Origin: Candidatus Kuenenia stuttgartensis | GTDB lineage: Bacteria; Planctomycetota; Planctomycetia; Pirellulales; UBA1268 | DNA length: 64,000 nucleotides | NCBI GenBank assembly: GCA_945883745.1 | Contig: CAMCYH010000002.1 | Coordinates: 1,508 to 65,507 of the forward strand | Direction: 5' to 3' | Shown: positions 40,715 through 50,556 of the stretch, piece by piece | Numbering within the stretch: position 1 is the first letter of the stretch | How the letters are laid out: each line of letters begins with the position of its first letter | Notes under the pieces: generated by a model | The model's input: the letters and a program-made list of their open reading frames with translations, nothing else | Database searches by the model: none | Told to the model about the DNA's origin: nothing | Position numbers and translations under genes: made by a program

Positions 40715-41653
40715 ATGACAGACTCACGCCCCGTCGAAAGCCGCTCGTTTCACCAGGTGTCGTGGAGCACCGTCCTCGCCGACCACGTGGCCAAGGCAGC
40801 CGCCGACTGGTTCGTTGAAGACCTCGGCCATGAATGCGATTGGACGAGCGTGGGGCTGATCCCGGCGGGCGATTTTAGCGAACTCGATATCGTCGTACGT
40901 GACGAGGGCGTGATTGCCGGCCTCGAGGCAGCCGCGGTCGTCGCCCGCGTTGCTGACACCGGGCTCGCGTGGCAGCCGGTGATGTCCGATGGCAGCCGCG
41001 TCACACCCGGCACCGTCGTCGCCCGGCTGGCGGGACCGACGCGAAGTGTCCTTGCGGCCGAGCGTGTGATTCTCAATCTGCTTGGCCGGATGTCGGGCGT
41101 GGCCTCGGCTACCCGACAACTGGTCGATGCCGTACGGGGCACGTCCTGCCACATCTACGACACCCGCAAGACCGTGCCAGGCTGGCGGCTCCTCGACAAG
41201 TATGCCGTGCAGCTGGGCGGAGGCTGGAATCACCGCCTCGGCCTCTACGACGCGATCCTCATCAAAGACAACCATCTCGCTGCCCTGGCAGAGGATGAGA
41301 TCGACCCCGGCGCGGCGGTGCGGCGGGTGCGGGCCTTCATTGCGAAGGCGTTTCCTCCATCCCGCGCAGCAGCAATGGTGGTGGAGGTCGAACTCGACGA
41401 TCTTGAGCAGCTGGAGGCCGTGCTGGCCGCGGGCCCCGACGTGATTCTGCTCGACAACATGCCGCCCGAGCTCCTTGCGGAGGCAGTGGCGACCCGCGAT
41501 CGGGCGGGGGCAGCCACGATTCTTGAAGCCTCGGGCGGTGTTCGGCCCGACACGGTTGCCGCGATTGCCCGGACCGGCGTAGACCGGATCAGCACCGGCT
41601 GGCCAACACACCATGCCCCATGGCTCGATGTGGCGTTGGACTGGCAGGGCTAG
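40715..41653 (+). CDS. nadC: Nicotinate-nucleotide pyrophosphorylase (quinolinate phosphoribosyltransferase)
   Basis: [44 protein letters not shown] and EASGG motifs. Confidence 0.92.
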   Translation: MTDSRPVESRSFHQVSWSTVLADHVAKAAADWFVEDLGHECDWTSVGLIPAGDFSELDIVVRDEGVIAGLEAAAVVARVADTGLAWQPVMSDGSRVTPGTVVARLAGPTRSVLAAERVILNLLGRMSGVASATRQLVDAVRGTSCHIYDTRKTVPGWRLLDKYAVQLGGGWNHRLGLYDAILIKDNHLAALAEDEIDPGAAVRRVRAFIAKAFPPSRAAAMVVEVELDDLEQLEAVLAAGPDVILLDNMPPELLAEAVATRDRAGAATILEASGGVRPDTVAAIARTGVDRISTGWPTHHAPWLDVALDWQG

Positions 41654-41844
41654 ACGCCGAGCAGGCGGTTGCGCTTGGTGCGGCGCTCAGCACGAAGGCG
41701 GGCACGCCGATTGGTCTCGCTCGGCTTCTCGAAGAATTCCCGCTTCCGCATCTCTTTCTTGATGCCACTGCGTTCAACCAATTTGCGGAAGCGGCGAACC
41801 GCCTCCTGAATGCTTTCGCGTTCGCGAACCGTGAGTTTGACCAT
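41650..41844 (-). CDS. rpsU: 30S ribosomal protein S21
   Basis: [43 protein letters not shown] is canonical S21. Confidence 0.92.
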   Translation of the reverse strand: MVKLTVRERESIQEAVRRFRKLVERSGIKKEMRKREFFEKPSETNRRARLRAERRTKRNRLLGV

Positions 41845-41947
41845 GCGACTCCAGACGAATCCAAAAAACCGAAATCGGAACCAGCAGGGCAAGCCTGCTC
41901 CGGCAAGGACCCGAGTATAGATTTTCGGGCTGGTCTCGTCTACATCC

Positions 41948-43813
41948 TTATCCTCCGGCCTCTTTCTGCCGGCTTTGCCGCTTGCGATCGTGCTCGGAAA
42001 GCAGCGCCTTTCGCAGGCGAATCACGGCGGGAGTCACCTCCACCAGTTCATCCTCCTCGATGTACTCGAGGGCCTCCTCCAGCGACATCTGCCGCGGAGG
42101 CTTCAAGAGGATGTTGCGGTCGCTGCCGGAAGCCCGCATGTTTGTGAGTTTCTTTTCTTTCGTGGGGTTCACGATCATGTCCTCGGCCCGGGCATTCTCG
42201 CCGACGATCATCCCCTCGTAGACTTCATCGCCGGGGCCGATGAACAGGTCAGCCCGTTCCTGAAGGCCGTCGAGCCCGAAGGCCACCGCCTTGCCCGGTA
42301 CCATCGACACCAGCACGCCGTTGGCCCGCCCGGTCACCTCCCCTTCCATCTCCCGCCAGGCTTCGAAACGGTGGTGCATGATGGCGGTGCCCTGCGTGGC
42401 ATTGAGCACGCGAGTTCGCAGGCCGATCAAGCCACGGGCCGGAATTGAAAAGGCTGCGTGGGCGAAGTCGCCCCGGTTGCCCATGTGCACGAGCTGACCG
42501 CGGCGGGAACCGGTGAGTTCCATCACGGGGCCGAGTTTGTCGTGAGGCACTTCGACCACGAGCGTCTCGAACGGCTCGAGTGTCTGGCCGGCTTCCTTCC
42601 GCAGGATGACCCGCGGCTTGCCGACGGAAATCTCAAAGCCCTCCCGCCGCATCGTCTCGATCAGTACCGAAAGGTGGAGCAGCCCGCGGCCCGAAACGGC
42701 GAAGTTGTCGGTGCCCTCGATCGGCTCCACACGAAGAGCGACGTTCTTTTCCAACTCCTTGACGAGCCGGTCCCGCAGGTGCCGGGTGGTGAGGAACTTG
42801 CCGGACCGACCGGCCAGGGGCGATGAATTGATGCCGAACACCATGCTGAGGGTCGGCTCGTCCACGGCGAGTCGCGGGAGTGGCCGGGCGTCGGTGGGGT
42901 CGCAGAGCGTGTCGCCAATTTCCACGTCTTCCAGTCCACTGACGGCGGCAATGTCACCGGCGGTGGCCTCGTCCGCATCGACGCGGCCCAGTTTGTCGAA
43001 CACTTGCAAGCCCGTAATCTTTGCCGGCACGAGCGGGCCGGCGGCCGTGGATCGCACGATCCCCTGCCCCTTCGTAAGCGTGCCCGACTCGATGCGGCCG
43101 ATCGCGATCCGGCCGACGTAGTCGGACCAGTCGAGCGTGGTGACGAGCATCCTCAGCGGAGCTGTCGGATCGACGGCAGGGCCGGGAATCTTGTCGAGCA
43201 CCAGATCGAGCAGTGGCTCCATCGTCCCCTCGCGGACGGCCGGGTCGTGCGACGCGAAGCCTCCCCGGCTCGATGCGAAGACATACGGAAAGTCGGCAAG
43301 GTCGTCATCTGCTCCAAGTTCCAGGAACAGGCCGAGGATTTCGTCGAGGACCTCCAGCGGGCGGCCGTCGGGGCGGTCGATCTTGTTGACGACCACCACC
43401 GGCCGCAGCCGCGCCTCAAGCGCTTTGGAGAGCACGAACCGCGTCTGCGGCATCGGTCCTTCGGCCGCGTCGACAAGCACCACGGCTCCGTCAGCCATCC
43501 GCAACACCCTTTCCACTTCGCCACCGAAGTCGGCGTGGCCAGGTGTGTCGATGATGTTGATCTTCACGCCCTTCCACAGCACGGCGATGTTTTTGGCCAG
43601 AATCGTGATGCCACGTTCCCGTTCCAAGTCGTTGGAGTCGAGGATTCGTTCGCCTGACAGTTGGCTCGCCCGAAACTGCCCGCTTTGTCGCAGCAGGCAG
43701 TCGACAAGCGTGGTCTTACCGTGGTCGACGTGGGCGATGATGGCGATGTTGCGGATGTCGGCGCGGCGAACGGCCGCACCAGGTGGCATCGTGTCGGCGG
43801 GGGCGGTGGTCAT
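41948..43813 (-). CDS. typA: Translational GTPase TypA/BipA
   Basis: [31 protein letters not shown] and NKIDR G-motifs, followed by the BipA-specific C-terminal domain. GAGG SD upstream of the ATG at 43813. Confidence 0.95.
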   Translation of the reverse strand: MTTAPADTMPPGAAVRRADIRNIAIIAHVDHGKTTLVDCLLRQSGQFRASQLSGERILDSNDLERERGITILAKNIAVLWKGVKINIIDTPGHADFGGEVERVLRMADGAVVLVDAAEGPMPQTRFVLSKALEARLRPVVVVNKIDRPDGRPLEVLDEILGLFLELGADDDLADFPYVFASSRGGFASHDPAVREGTMEPLLDLVLDKIPGPAVDPTAPLRMLVTTLDWSDYVGRIAIGRIESGTLTKGQGIVRSTAAGPLVPAKITGLQVFDKLGRVDADEATAGDIAAVSGLEDVEIGDTLCDPTDARPLPRLAVDEPTLSMVFGINSSPLAGRSGKFLTTRHLRDRLVKELEKNVALRVEPIEGTDNFAVSGRGLLHLSVLIETMRREGFEISVGKPRVILRKEAGQTLEPFETLVVEVPHDKLGPVMELTGSRRGQLVHMGNRGDFAHAAFSIPARGLIGLRTRVLNATQGTAIMHHRFEAWREMEGEVTGRANGVLVSMVPGKAVAFGLDGLQERADLFIGPGDEVYEGMIVGENARAEDMIVNPTKEKKLTNMRASGSDRNILLKPPRQMSLEEALEYIEEDELVEVTPAVIRLRKALLSEHDRKRQSRQKEAGG

Positions 43814-43862
43814 GGAGGGACCTCGGGCATCATGCCCTTGGCGAAGGAGGTGGGATGGACAA

Positions 43863-43936
<74 letters not shown>

Positions 43937-43947
43937 ATCGAGTGGAC

Positions 43948-44021
43948 TGCGCGCGCCAAGATTCGAACTTGGGACCTCTACCTTATCAGGGTAGCGCTCT
44001 AACCAACTGAGCTACGCGCGC
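43948..44021 (-). tRNA. tRNA-Ile (anticodon GAU)
   Basis: GCGCGCG-UA-GCUC AGUUGGUUA GAGC-G-CUACC CUGAUAA GGUAG-AGGUC-CCAAG UUCGAAU CUUGG-CGCGCGC-A. The cloverleaf closes perfectly. Confidence 0.93.
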
Positions 44022-44178
44022 GGACGACTGAGTCGAAGCCGCAAGTTTAGGGGTGCCGGCCCGGAATTCAAAGGGGTGCCGGGGCTCCCGTGGGACGCCC
44101 GGGGCGGAAAGTGGCGCTGGCGCATCACCGGGATCTGGATAGGTTGATCGGGAATTCCGAGTCCTCGAGGAGTCTGTC

Positions 44179-46086
44179 ATGCCCGCCTGCTGGTCGCCTC
44201 ATTTTCGGCATCGCTTTCACCCGCTCTGCAGCGTGGCCCTGCTGGTGCTGGTGTGCCCGTCCGTGCCGGCGGCGCAGCCAACGGTCGAGTATGCACTCGG
44301 ACTGAAACCATTTCAGCAGGAGGTTGAACACGACCAGCCGACCGGCGACCAGGCAAGCGGGGCGACGATCAAGATGGAAAAAGAAGGGGGCGTGACAGCC
44401 TGGGTGGTCCGCGACGCCCGTGGTCAGATTCTCCGCAGCTTCGCCGATACCAACGGCGATCGTGTCGTTGATCGTTGGAGCTATTATCGAGATGGCCAAG
44501 AGGTCTATCGAGACATTGACGCCAACTTCAATACCAAGGCCGACCAGGCGCGGTGGCTCAATGCTGCGGGCAGCCGCTGGGGAGTCGACAGCGACGAGAA
44601 CGGCACGATCGATTCCTGGAAGGCGATCTCCGCCGAAGAGACGACCGCGGAAATCGTCGCCGCCCTTCGTGGCCGGGACGCGGCGCGTTTTCGGCGGCTG
44701 TTGCCGACTGCGGCCGAGGTCGAAGCGGCCGGCTTCGAAGGACAGTTGCTGAAGGACGTCACGCAGCGGGTGGCGGCAGCGGCCACCGCGTTTGCTGCTT
44801 TGGCCCGTGATCAGCAGCAGATTGGCCCCCAAACAACGTGGAACAACATGCTCTCCACCCGTCCCGGTGTGATTCCGGCCGGCGCGACGGGGGCTTCGAA
44901 GGACATCTCCGCCTACGACAACGTCGTCGCCTTGATCGATACCGGTTCCACGAGCGGTCAGGTTTACATCGGGTCGCTTGTCCGCTGTGGGGATGCCTGG
45001 AGGCCGATCGATCTGCCGCAACTCCCCGGTGCCAATGGTGACATCGCCGAGCCGCTGGCTTTCTTTTCGCCACGGTTCGACGGCCCTCCTCTGGCCACAG
45101 GCCCCCAGGATGATCCGAGGCTGAAGCCGCTCTTGGCCCAGCTGCGTGCCGTCGAGACCAAGCTTTCTTCGGCGGCCCCGGCTGCTCGGCAGGCCTTGGC
45201 CGAGGAACAGGCAGATCTGCTGGGCAAGGTGGTGGCGGCTGCGGCTCCGGGCGATCAGCCTTTCTGGGTGCGTCAATATGCCGAGACGCTCGCCGCCGGC
45301 GTGCAGGATGGCAGTCTGCCCAGCGGCATTGCGATGCTCGAAAAGCTTGCCACGGCCGCAGCCGATGATGATGCGTTGTCGGCGTTCGTGATGTTTCGGC
45401 TGGCCTCGGCCCGCTATGCAGCCGCCATGCAGCAGCCGGGGGCCGACATCGAGTCAGCGCAGTCTGGATGGCTCAAGGAACTCGAACAGTTCGTTGAGAA
45501 GCATCCGACGGCTCCGGATGCCGCCGAGGCTATGCTCCAGATGGGTATTGCCGACGAGTTTTCCGGCCGTGAGGAGAAAGCGCTCGAGCGGTACGAAGCC
45601 ATCGTCGCGGGCTTCCCGGACTCGGCGTCGGCCCGCAAGGCCCGCGGCGCGGCGCGGCGTCTGCAACTTGAAGGCAAGCCATTGACGCTCACGGGCACGG
45701 CGGTTGACGGCAAGACCGTGGCTGTCGAGGGGCTGAAGGGAGCGCCGGTGCTTGTCCACTACTGGGCCACGTGGTGTGAGCCCTGCAAGGTCGACATCGC
45801 GAAGATCAGGGAGCTGTACTCCAAGTACGGCCCACAGAAGTTCCGCGTTGTGGGCATCTCGCTCGACTCCGACCAGCAACAGTTGTCCGCCTACCTCGCC
45901 ACAAAGCCGATGCCTTGGCCCCAACTGCATGAGTCGGGCGGGCTGGATGGGCGGCTGGCCGAGGAGCTCGGTGTGCTCACCCTCCCGACCATGCTGCTGG
46001 TCGACGCCGATGGCAAGGTGGTCGATCGCAATCTGGTCATCACCGACCTGGAAAAGAAGCTGGACTCGTTGGTCGGGGGAAAATAG
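44179..46086 (+). CDS. Secreted multidomain TlpA/ResA-like thiol-disulfide oxidoreductase (Ca-loop repeats + TPR-like region + thioredoxin fold)
   Basis: Signal-like N-terminus, DxNGDxxVDxW / DSDENGTIDSW loops, a TPR-like helical middle, and a C-terminal redoxin domain with WATWCEPC. GAGGAG SD. Confidence 0.8.
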   Translation: MPACWSPHFRHRFHPLCSVALLVLVCPSVPAAQPTVEYALGLKPFQQEVEHDQPTGDQASGATIKMEKEGGVTAWVVRDARGQILRSFADTNGDRVVDRWSYYRDGQEVYRDIDANFNTKADQARWLNAAGSRWGVDSDENGTIDSWKAISAEETTAEIVAALRGRDAARFRRLLPTAAEVEAAGFEGQLLKDVTQRVAAAATAFAALARDQQQIGPQTTWNNMLSTRPGVIPAGATGASKDISAYDNVVALIDTGSTSGQVYIGSLVRCGDAWRPIDLPQLPGANGDIAEPLAFFSPRFDGPPLATGPQDDPRLKPLLAQLRAVETKLSSAAPAARQALAEEQADLLGKVVAAAAPGDQPFWVRQYAETLAAGVQDGSLPSGIAMLEKLATAAADDDALSAFVMFRLASARYAAAMQQPGADIESAQSGWLKELEQFVEKHPTAPDAAEAMLQMGIADEFSGREEKALERYEAIVAGFPDSASARKARGAARRLQLEGKPLTLTGTAVDGKTVAVEGLKGAPVLVHYWATWCEPCKVDIAKIRELYSKYGPQKFRVVGISLDSDQQQLSAYLATKPMPWPQLHESGGLDGRLAEELGVLTLPTMLLVDADGKVVDRNLVITDLEKKLDSLVGGK

Positions 46087-46117
46087 GCCGACATCCCTTC
46101 GCTGATTTCCGTCTCGA

Positions 46118-46474
46118 ATGGGTTTGTCGGTCCGATCGACCGCCGCTACTGTCCGCGAAGACGGAGCGGAGAACGAGGTCAGTCGAGGAGCGATCGTGCC
46201 GTTTTCGATAGGAAATCTCAGCCCTGTCCTGTGTGGAGTGGGAATCGTGCAGGTGCTGGGAGTCGTCGCCGCGATTGCATCGCGGTTGGCCGAGGGCACG
46301 CCCCGCGAAACGCTGGGGCATTGGCTTTGCCTTGTTGCGTTGAGTGCCGTGGGAGGCCTCTGCGGGTTTTGCCTGCAGTACGGCCCCGACTCCGGCGCGA
46401 TGTGCGCGGTCACCTTCACCGTGATGACGATGATCGCGATTGTCGATGTACGGCCCTCCATCGAGCGGCAATGA
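46118..46474 (+). CDS. Hypothetical small membrane protein
   Basis: Three hydrophobic stretches and coding-like GC3. An alternative GTG start at 46196 is preceded by GAGGAG. No recognisable motif. Confidence 0.35.
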   Translation: MGLSVRSTAATVREDGAENEVSRGAIVPFSIGNLSPVLCGVGIVQVLGVVAAIASRLAEGTPRETLGHWLCLVALSAVGGLCGFCLQYGPDSGAMCAVTFTVMTMIAIVDVRPSIERQ

Positions 46475-46633
46475 CACCCTGCCCTTCCCGGATTGCCGGG
46501 CTTGGCTGTCTTTTCGGTGTCTTCGGGAGAATCGGAAAAAAACTCCCCTTCAGCCGCCCTCGATGCCGAACTGATGTGTGGCGAGGGAGCGCGACTCTCT
46601 GGTTCGCCCCCGCCCGTTTTCAAGGAGCCAGGC

Positions 46634-48067
46634 ATGTTGACTTCGATCCGCCCCTTTCGGCTGGTGCTGGCGTGCAGTGCGCCGCTGTTGTTCATGGCGA
46701 CCAGCGTTGCCGACGACCTTGCGGCACGCGTCACCGCGCAGATTCAGTCCTCGCCCGCACTGCAGGGCAATCCGATTGCGGTAAAGGCCCTCGGTCCGAC
46801 CGTCTGGCTCTCGGGTACTGCCTCGGCGGCTCAACAACAGGCGGTGGTCGCGATCGCCAGGCAGACGCCGGGCGTTGAGCGAGTGGTCGACCAGCTCTCG
46901 GTTTCGCGGCCAGCCGCCACTCCTGGGGCCACGCCCGACGCTTTGCAGCAGTTGTTCCCGCAACAGGCGATGACGCGCCCTGCATCGGCGTCCATGGATC
47001 GTTCCGGGCTTCCGCCGCAGCCCCGGGGGCCAGCGGGCAACTCGGCTCCTGCACAGGACGAGCTTGCCACCGCGGTGGCAGCCGGCCTCCGCAACTCTGG
47101 CTCACTGAAGGGCTACAGGGTGAGCGTGAAGGCGAAGGATGGCACCGTGTGGCTCACGGGAACGCTCACGAGCATCGAACAGCTGCAAGCCGCCGTTGCG
47201 GTTGCCGAACGCACGCCCGGGGTTGAGCGAGTCGTGAATCGCCTCTCCGTTGCCGAACCGGCGACTGCCAAGCAGGATTCTTCGACGGCGTTTTCACTCC
47301 CAGAATCGATGCGATCGCTGATCGGCTTGTCGCCCAAGAGCGATGCGGCCGAACGGCAGGATGGGGCGGTGCAGCAGGCTGCCGGCACCATGCAAGGAGG
47401 CGGTGTCCAACTGGCGGCTGGAGACATCCCCGATGGCGATTCGGGAGAATTCATCCAACTCACTCAGGCGCAGCAGGAAGCGGTCGGTCGGGCGCAGTAT
47501 CCGACCCAGCGACGCCCAATGGCGGCCGGTGGCCGCCAGCCGATGCCTCGCTCAGCCGGCATTCCGGCAGGGCGGCCCGTGCCGATGCGAACGGCCGCCA
47601 GGCCGGGCCGTGGAGGAGTGCGACCCGCCGGGTACGGCGAGCCGATGGTTCTGCCCGGCCCAAACGAGTACGGAGATTACGGCGTCGATGGCCAGATGGT
47701 GCCCGGCTCGATGCAGATGAGTGAGGGCGGCATGGGTATGCCCCAAGGCGGTATGCCGATGGGGGGTGGGCCGGGCATGGGACAGCCGATGCCGATGGGC
47801 GGCTCAGGCGTGGGGATGCCAGCCGTTCCCGTTCGCGGCGGTGGGCCAAACATGCCCAACTACGCCTGGCCGAGCTATGCAGCCAGCCCCAACTACGCAG
47901 CCCTTCAGTATCCCACGCAGTATTCCCCGACGGCATGGCCGTACATCGGCCCGTTCTATCCCTATCCGCAGGTGCCGCTGGGCTGGCGTCGCGTGTCGCT
48001 CGAGTGGGATGACGGCTGGTGGTTCCTCGACTTCGACGAACGGCACGTCCACAGCCACCACCGGTAA
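46634..48067 (+). CDS. Secreted protein with two BON domains and a Gly/Met/Pro-rich, aromatic C-terminal region
   Basis: AAGGAG SD and a signal peptide. Two BON-like modules each end in TPGVERVV(D/N)(Q/R)LSV. The C-terminus contains GGMGMPQGGMPMGGGPGMGQPMPMGG. Confidence 0.8.
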   Translation: MLTSIRPFRLVLACSAPLLFMATSVADDLAARVTAQIQSSPALQGNPIAVKALGPTVWLSGTASAAQQQAVVAIARQTPGVERVVDQLSVSRPAATPGATPDALQQLFPQQAMTRPASASMDRSGLPPQPRGPAGNSAPAQDELATAVAAGLRNSGSLKGYRVSVKAKDGTVWLTGTLTSIEQLQAAVAVAERTPGVERVVNRLSVAEPATAKQDSSTAFSLPESMRSLIGLSPKSDAAERQDGAVQQAAGTMQGGGVQLAAGDIPDGDSGEFIQLTQAQQEAVGRAQYPTQRRPMAAGGRQPMPRSAGIPAGRPVPMRTAARPGRGGVRPAGYGEPMVLPGPNEYGDYGVDGQMVPGSMQMSEGGMGMPQGGMPMGGGPGMGQPMPMGGSGVGMPAVPVRGGGPNMPNYAWPSYAASPNYAALQYPTQYSPTAWPYIGPFYPYPQVPLGWRRVSLEWDDGWWFLDFDERHVHSHHR

Positions 48068-48114
48068 GCCCGCACCACGGGAAGCAACCGTGGAGCCCCA
48101 AAGGACCGATCATG

Positions 48115-48150
48115 CCCACTCCCTCGTCGTCGCGAGGGAGTGGGTTTTTT
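48115..48150 (+). terminator. Strong intrinsic terminator after the BON-domain gene
   Basis: A perfect 12-bp stem, CCCACTCCCTCG (48115-48126) with CGAGGGAGTGGG (48133-48144), followed by TTTTTT (48145-48150). Confidence 0.85.
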
Positions 48151-48302
48151 GTTGCCTGCCGATCGGCTCCTTATTCCCCTGCCCCGGCATTCCAGTTTTC
48201 GCAGCCGGAAAAATCTGCAAGTCCGGTAGCCCGCAGAGCCGATACAACCGTCACGGTCGGCTTGCATGACCGCCACCCACGAGCGTCGTCGAGGAGTTCG
48301 CC

Positions 48303-48881
48303 ATGACGGTTGGCACACGATTCACACTACTGGCCCTGTTCACGGCCGCGACCGCCATGTCGCAAACCGGGTGCTTCTGGCTTACCGCCCAGGGCCCGAA
48401 CCTCGGCCCGTTGGCCATCCCGATCCCGGTGCCGGTCGGTATGCAGAAGAGCCGTGAGGATCACTTCTGGAACTACGAGCGGTACGAGCGAGCGCCCGTG
48501 CTGGGCCCGATCCCGCCGGGAGGTCCCTGCGAGGCGCTCGATGAACCGAGTGATGATGAGGTGATGCGGGCCCTCGAGAAGGCCCGGCCCGTGCAGGGCA
48601 ACTGGCCGTTCCTCTACGAGATCCAGCGGAATCACGTGCGGATTACGAAGTGCAAGATCTCCGACTATGTCGACCCGCCACGTCACTATCCTCTTGTCGG
48701 TCCGGCCCAGTTGCACCATGCCCACTACAAGTGCACGGTCTACTACCAGGAAGTGAAGCGAATCGGCTGGCCCGTGCCTTACACCACCGTGGACGAAGAC
48801 TGCCAGGAAGTCGTCTACATCGATCACGACCATCTGCACATGGTGGGTGACGTCGACACCGGCTGCGACGCGCAGTTTTAG
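48303..48881 (+). CDS. Hypothetical lipoprotein
   Basis: GAGGAG SD. Signal peptide with lipobox-like AMSQTGC. Cys- and His-containing C-terminal half. No motif I recognise. Confidence 0.6.
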   Translation: MTVGTRFTLLALFTAATAMSQTGCFWLTAQGPNLGPLAIPIPVPVGMQKSREDHFWNYERYERAPVLGPIPPGGPCEALDEPSDDEVMRALEKARPVQGNWPFLYEIQRNHVRITKCKISDYVDPPRHYPLVGPAQLHHAHYKCTVYYQEVKRIGWPVPYTTVDEDCQEVVYIDHDHLHMVGDVDTGCDAQF

Positions 48882-49206
48882 CTTCACGCCTGCGGGGCCC
48901 TCCCGGCGGGCCTTGTCCCACCAGGAAGCCCCGGGCGCGAGCCCGGGGGCTGCGGTGGCGCTGGCTGGTGCGTCATCCCGCGGGCTTGCGCCCTGCGGCT
49001 GCGTGTGTGATCGCCCGGGGGCTATCGCAGCGTGGCATGACGGTTGTAGTGGTGGCGGGTGCCGTGGCGGGAAAACTCGTTGAAGCCGGCCGAGCGGAAC
49101 GATCCTTCGTGATGAGAGGAATAGAGCGTCGGTGGCCTGCAGCGGTGCCCGAAGGACTGGGACCGCGTCGCCGACGGTTTCTTCTCGAGCCAGATACTCA
49201 CGATCG

Positions 49207-50097
49207 ATGCCGCAATGGATGGCGGTTGATCAGAAGCGGTTTGCCGCCGCGCTCGCGGTTGGAGTGATCCTCTGCACAGCGGCTCCAGCCCAGGCCCAGC
49301 GAACCCGCGTGTGGGCTGGCGCAGAAGCGACCACCCCTGCAACGGAATCCTCTGAGGAGATCAGGCTGGCCGCCAACCCGGCAGCGGTATCGGTGCCTCC
49401 CGGTCCACCCGCTGGTCTGCCGGTCAACCCGCCCGGCATCGCCTCCGAGAGCTTGCTCTCCACGGTCGTCGGTGGCGGCATCCTGATGATACCGCTGATC
49501 GGATGCTCCTTGGCGCTTGCCGTGTTTGGTATCGAGCGAGCCGTCAGCCTGCGGACCGGCCGTGTGGTGCCGCGCATGTTCGTGGACCGCTTCATCGAGC
49601 AGTTACAGGACGGGGAATTCTCACGGCAGCAGGCGATCGCCGCCTGCGATTCAAGCGGGAGCCCGGTGGCCCGCGTGTTCGCTGCGGTGGTCAGACGCTG
49701 GGGCCGGCCGGCGGTCGAAATTGAGCAGGCGGCGATCGATGCCTGCGAGCGTGAGATCATGCACCTACGACGCTATCGTCGCATCTTCAACGGCGTGGCC
49801 ACGATCGCACCGCTCCTGGGGCTGCTTGGCACGGTATTTGGCCTGATCCGCTCATTCAACGATGTCGCCGCGGCGGGGGCGATGGGGCGGCCCGACATGC
49901 TGGCGGGCGGCTTCGGTGAGGCGCTGATCACGACCGCGATGGGGCTCTTGGTAGCGATCCCGGCGATGGTGCTGCACTCGTTCTTCACCAGTCGCGTCGA
50001 CCGGCTGGCCCTGCGGCTGGACGAAACCTGCCAGCAGGTGATCGACGAGATCGCAGTCGAGACCGTGGGCGAGGGCCGTCGCCGCGCGGCGGCCTGA
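49207..50097 (+). CDS. exbB: MotA/TolQ/ExbB-family proton channel
   Basis: Signal-like N-terminus followed by the MotA_ExbB core (IAPLLGLLGTVFGLIRSF...GEALITTAMGLLVAIPA). Confidence 0.88.
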   Translation: MPQWMAVDQKRFAAALAVGVILCTAAPAQAQRTRVWAGAEATTPATESSEEIRLAANPAAVSVPPGPPAGLPVNPPGIASESLLSTVVGGGILMIPLIGCSLALAVFGIERAVSLRTGRVVPRMFVDRFIEQLQDGEFSRQQAIAACDSSGSPVARVFAAVVRRWGRPAVEIEQAAIDACEREIMHLRRYRRIFNGVATIAPLLGLLGTVFGLIRSFNDVAAAGAMGRPDMLAGGFGEALITTAMGLLVAIPAMVLHSFFTSRVDRLALRLDETCQQVIDEIAVETVGEGRRRAAA

Positions 50098-50114
50098 CCC
50101 CGGAGAGCCCTCCC

Positions 50115-50531
50115 ATGCCCCTGGTTCGACTCACCGATGACGACGAGCCCACGCCCAACCTTGCGCCCATGATCGACGTGATCCTCGTGCTCACGATCTT
50201 CTTCATGTGCGCCACGAAGTTTTCCGCCGACGAGCGGGCCTTCGATCTCGACCTTCCCACGGCCGATCACGCGGCGGCCGTCGCGGCGCGGCAACCGGAG
50301 GTTGTCGAGGTGGAAGCCGCCGGCACGCTGCGGCTCGGCAGTGAATCCGTCAGCCTCGACGACCTGGCAGTACATCTGACTGATCGTCGGGAAGCCATGC
50401 CCGACCTCGTCGTGATGATTCGTGGTGAGCGAGACGTATCGCACGGTCGGATGACGGAGGTCTACGAAGCCTGTCGCGGGGCCGGAGTGCGGCACGTGGC
50501 GATTTCGGTGCGCGGCAGGTCTCCGCGGTAA
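50115..50531 (+). CDS. exbD: ExbD/TolR-family protein
   Basis: NLAPMIDVILVLTIFFM TM segment plus a periplasmic domain. GGAGAG SD. Confidence 0.88.
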   Translation: MPLVRLTDDDEPTPNLAPMIDVILVLTIFFMCATKFSADERAFDLDLPTADHAAAVAARQPEVVEVEAAGTLRLGSESVSLDDLAVHLTDRREAMPDLVVMIRGERDVSHGRMTEVYEACRGAGVRHVAISVRGRSPR

Positions 50532-50556
50532 TCGGCGGTTGCGGCGAGGAAGCGTC

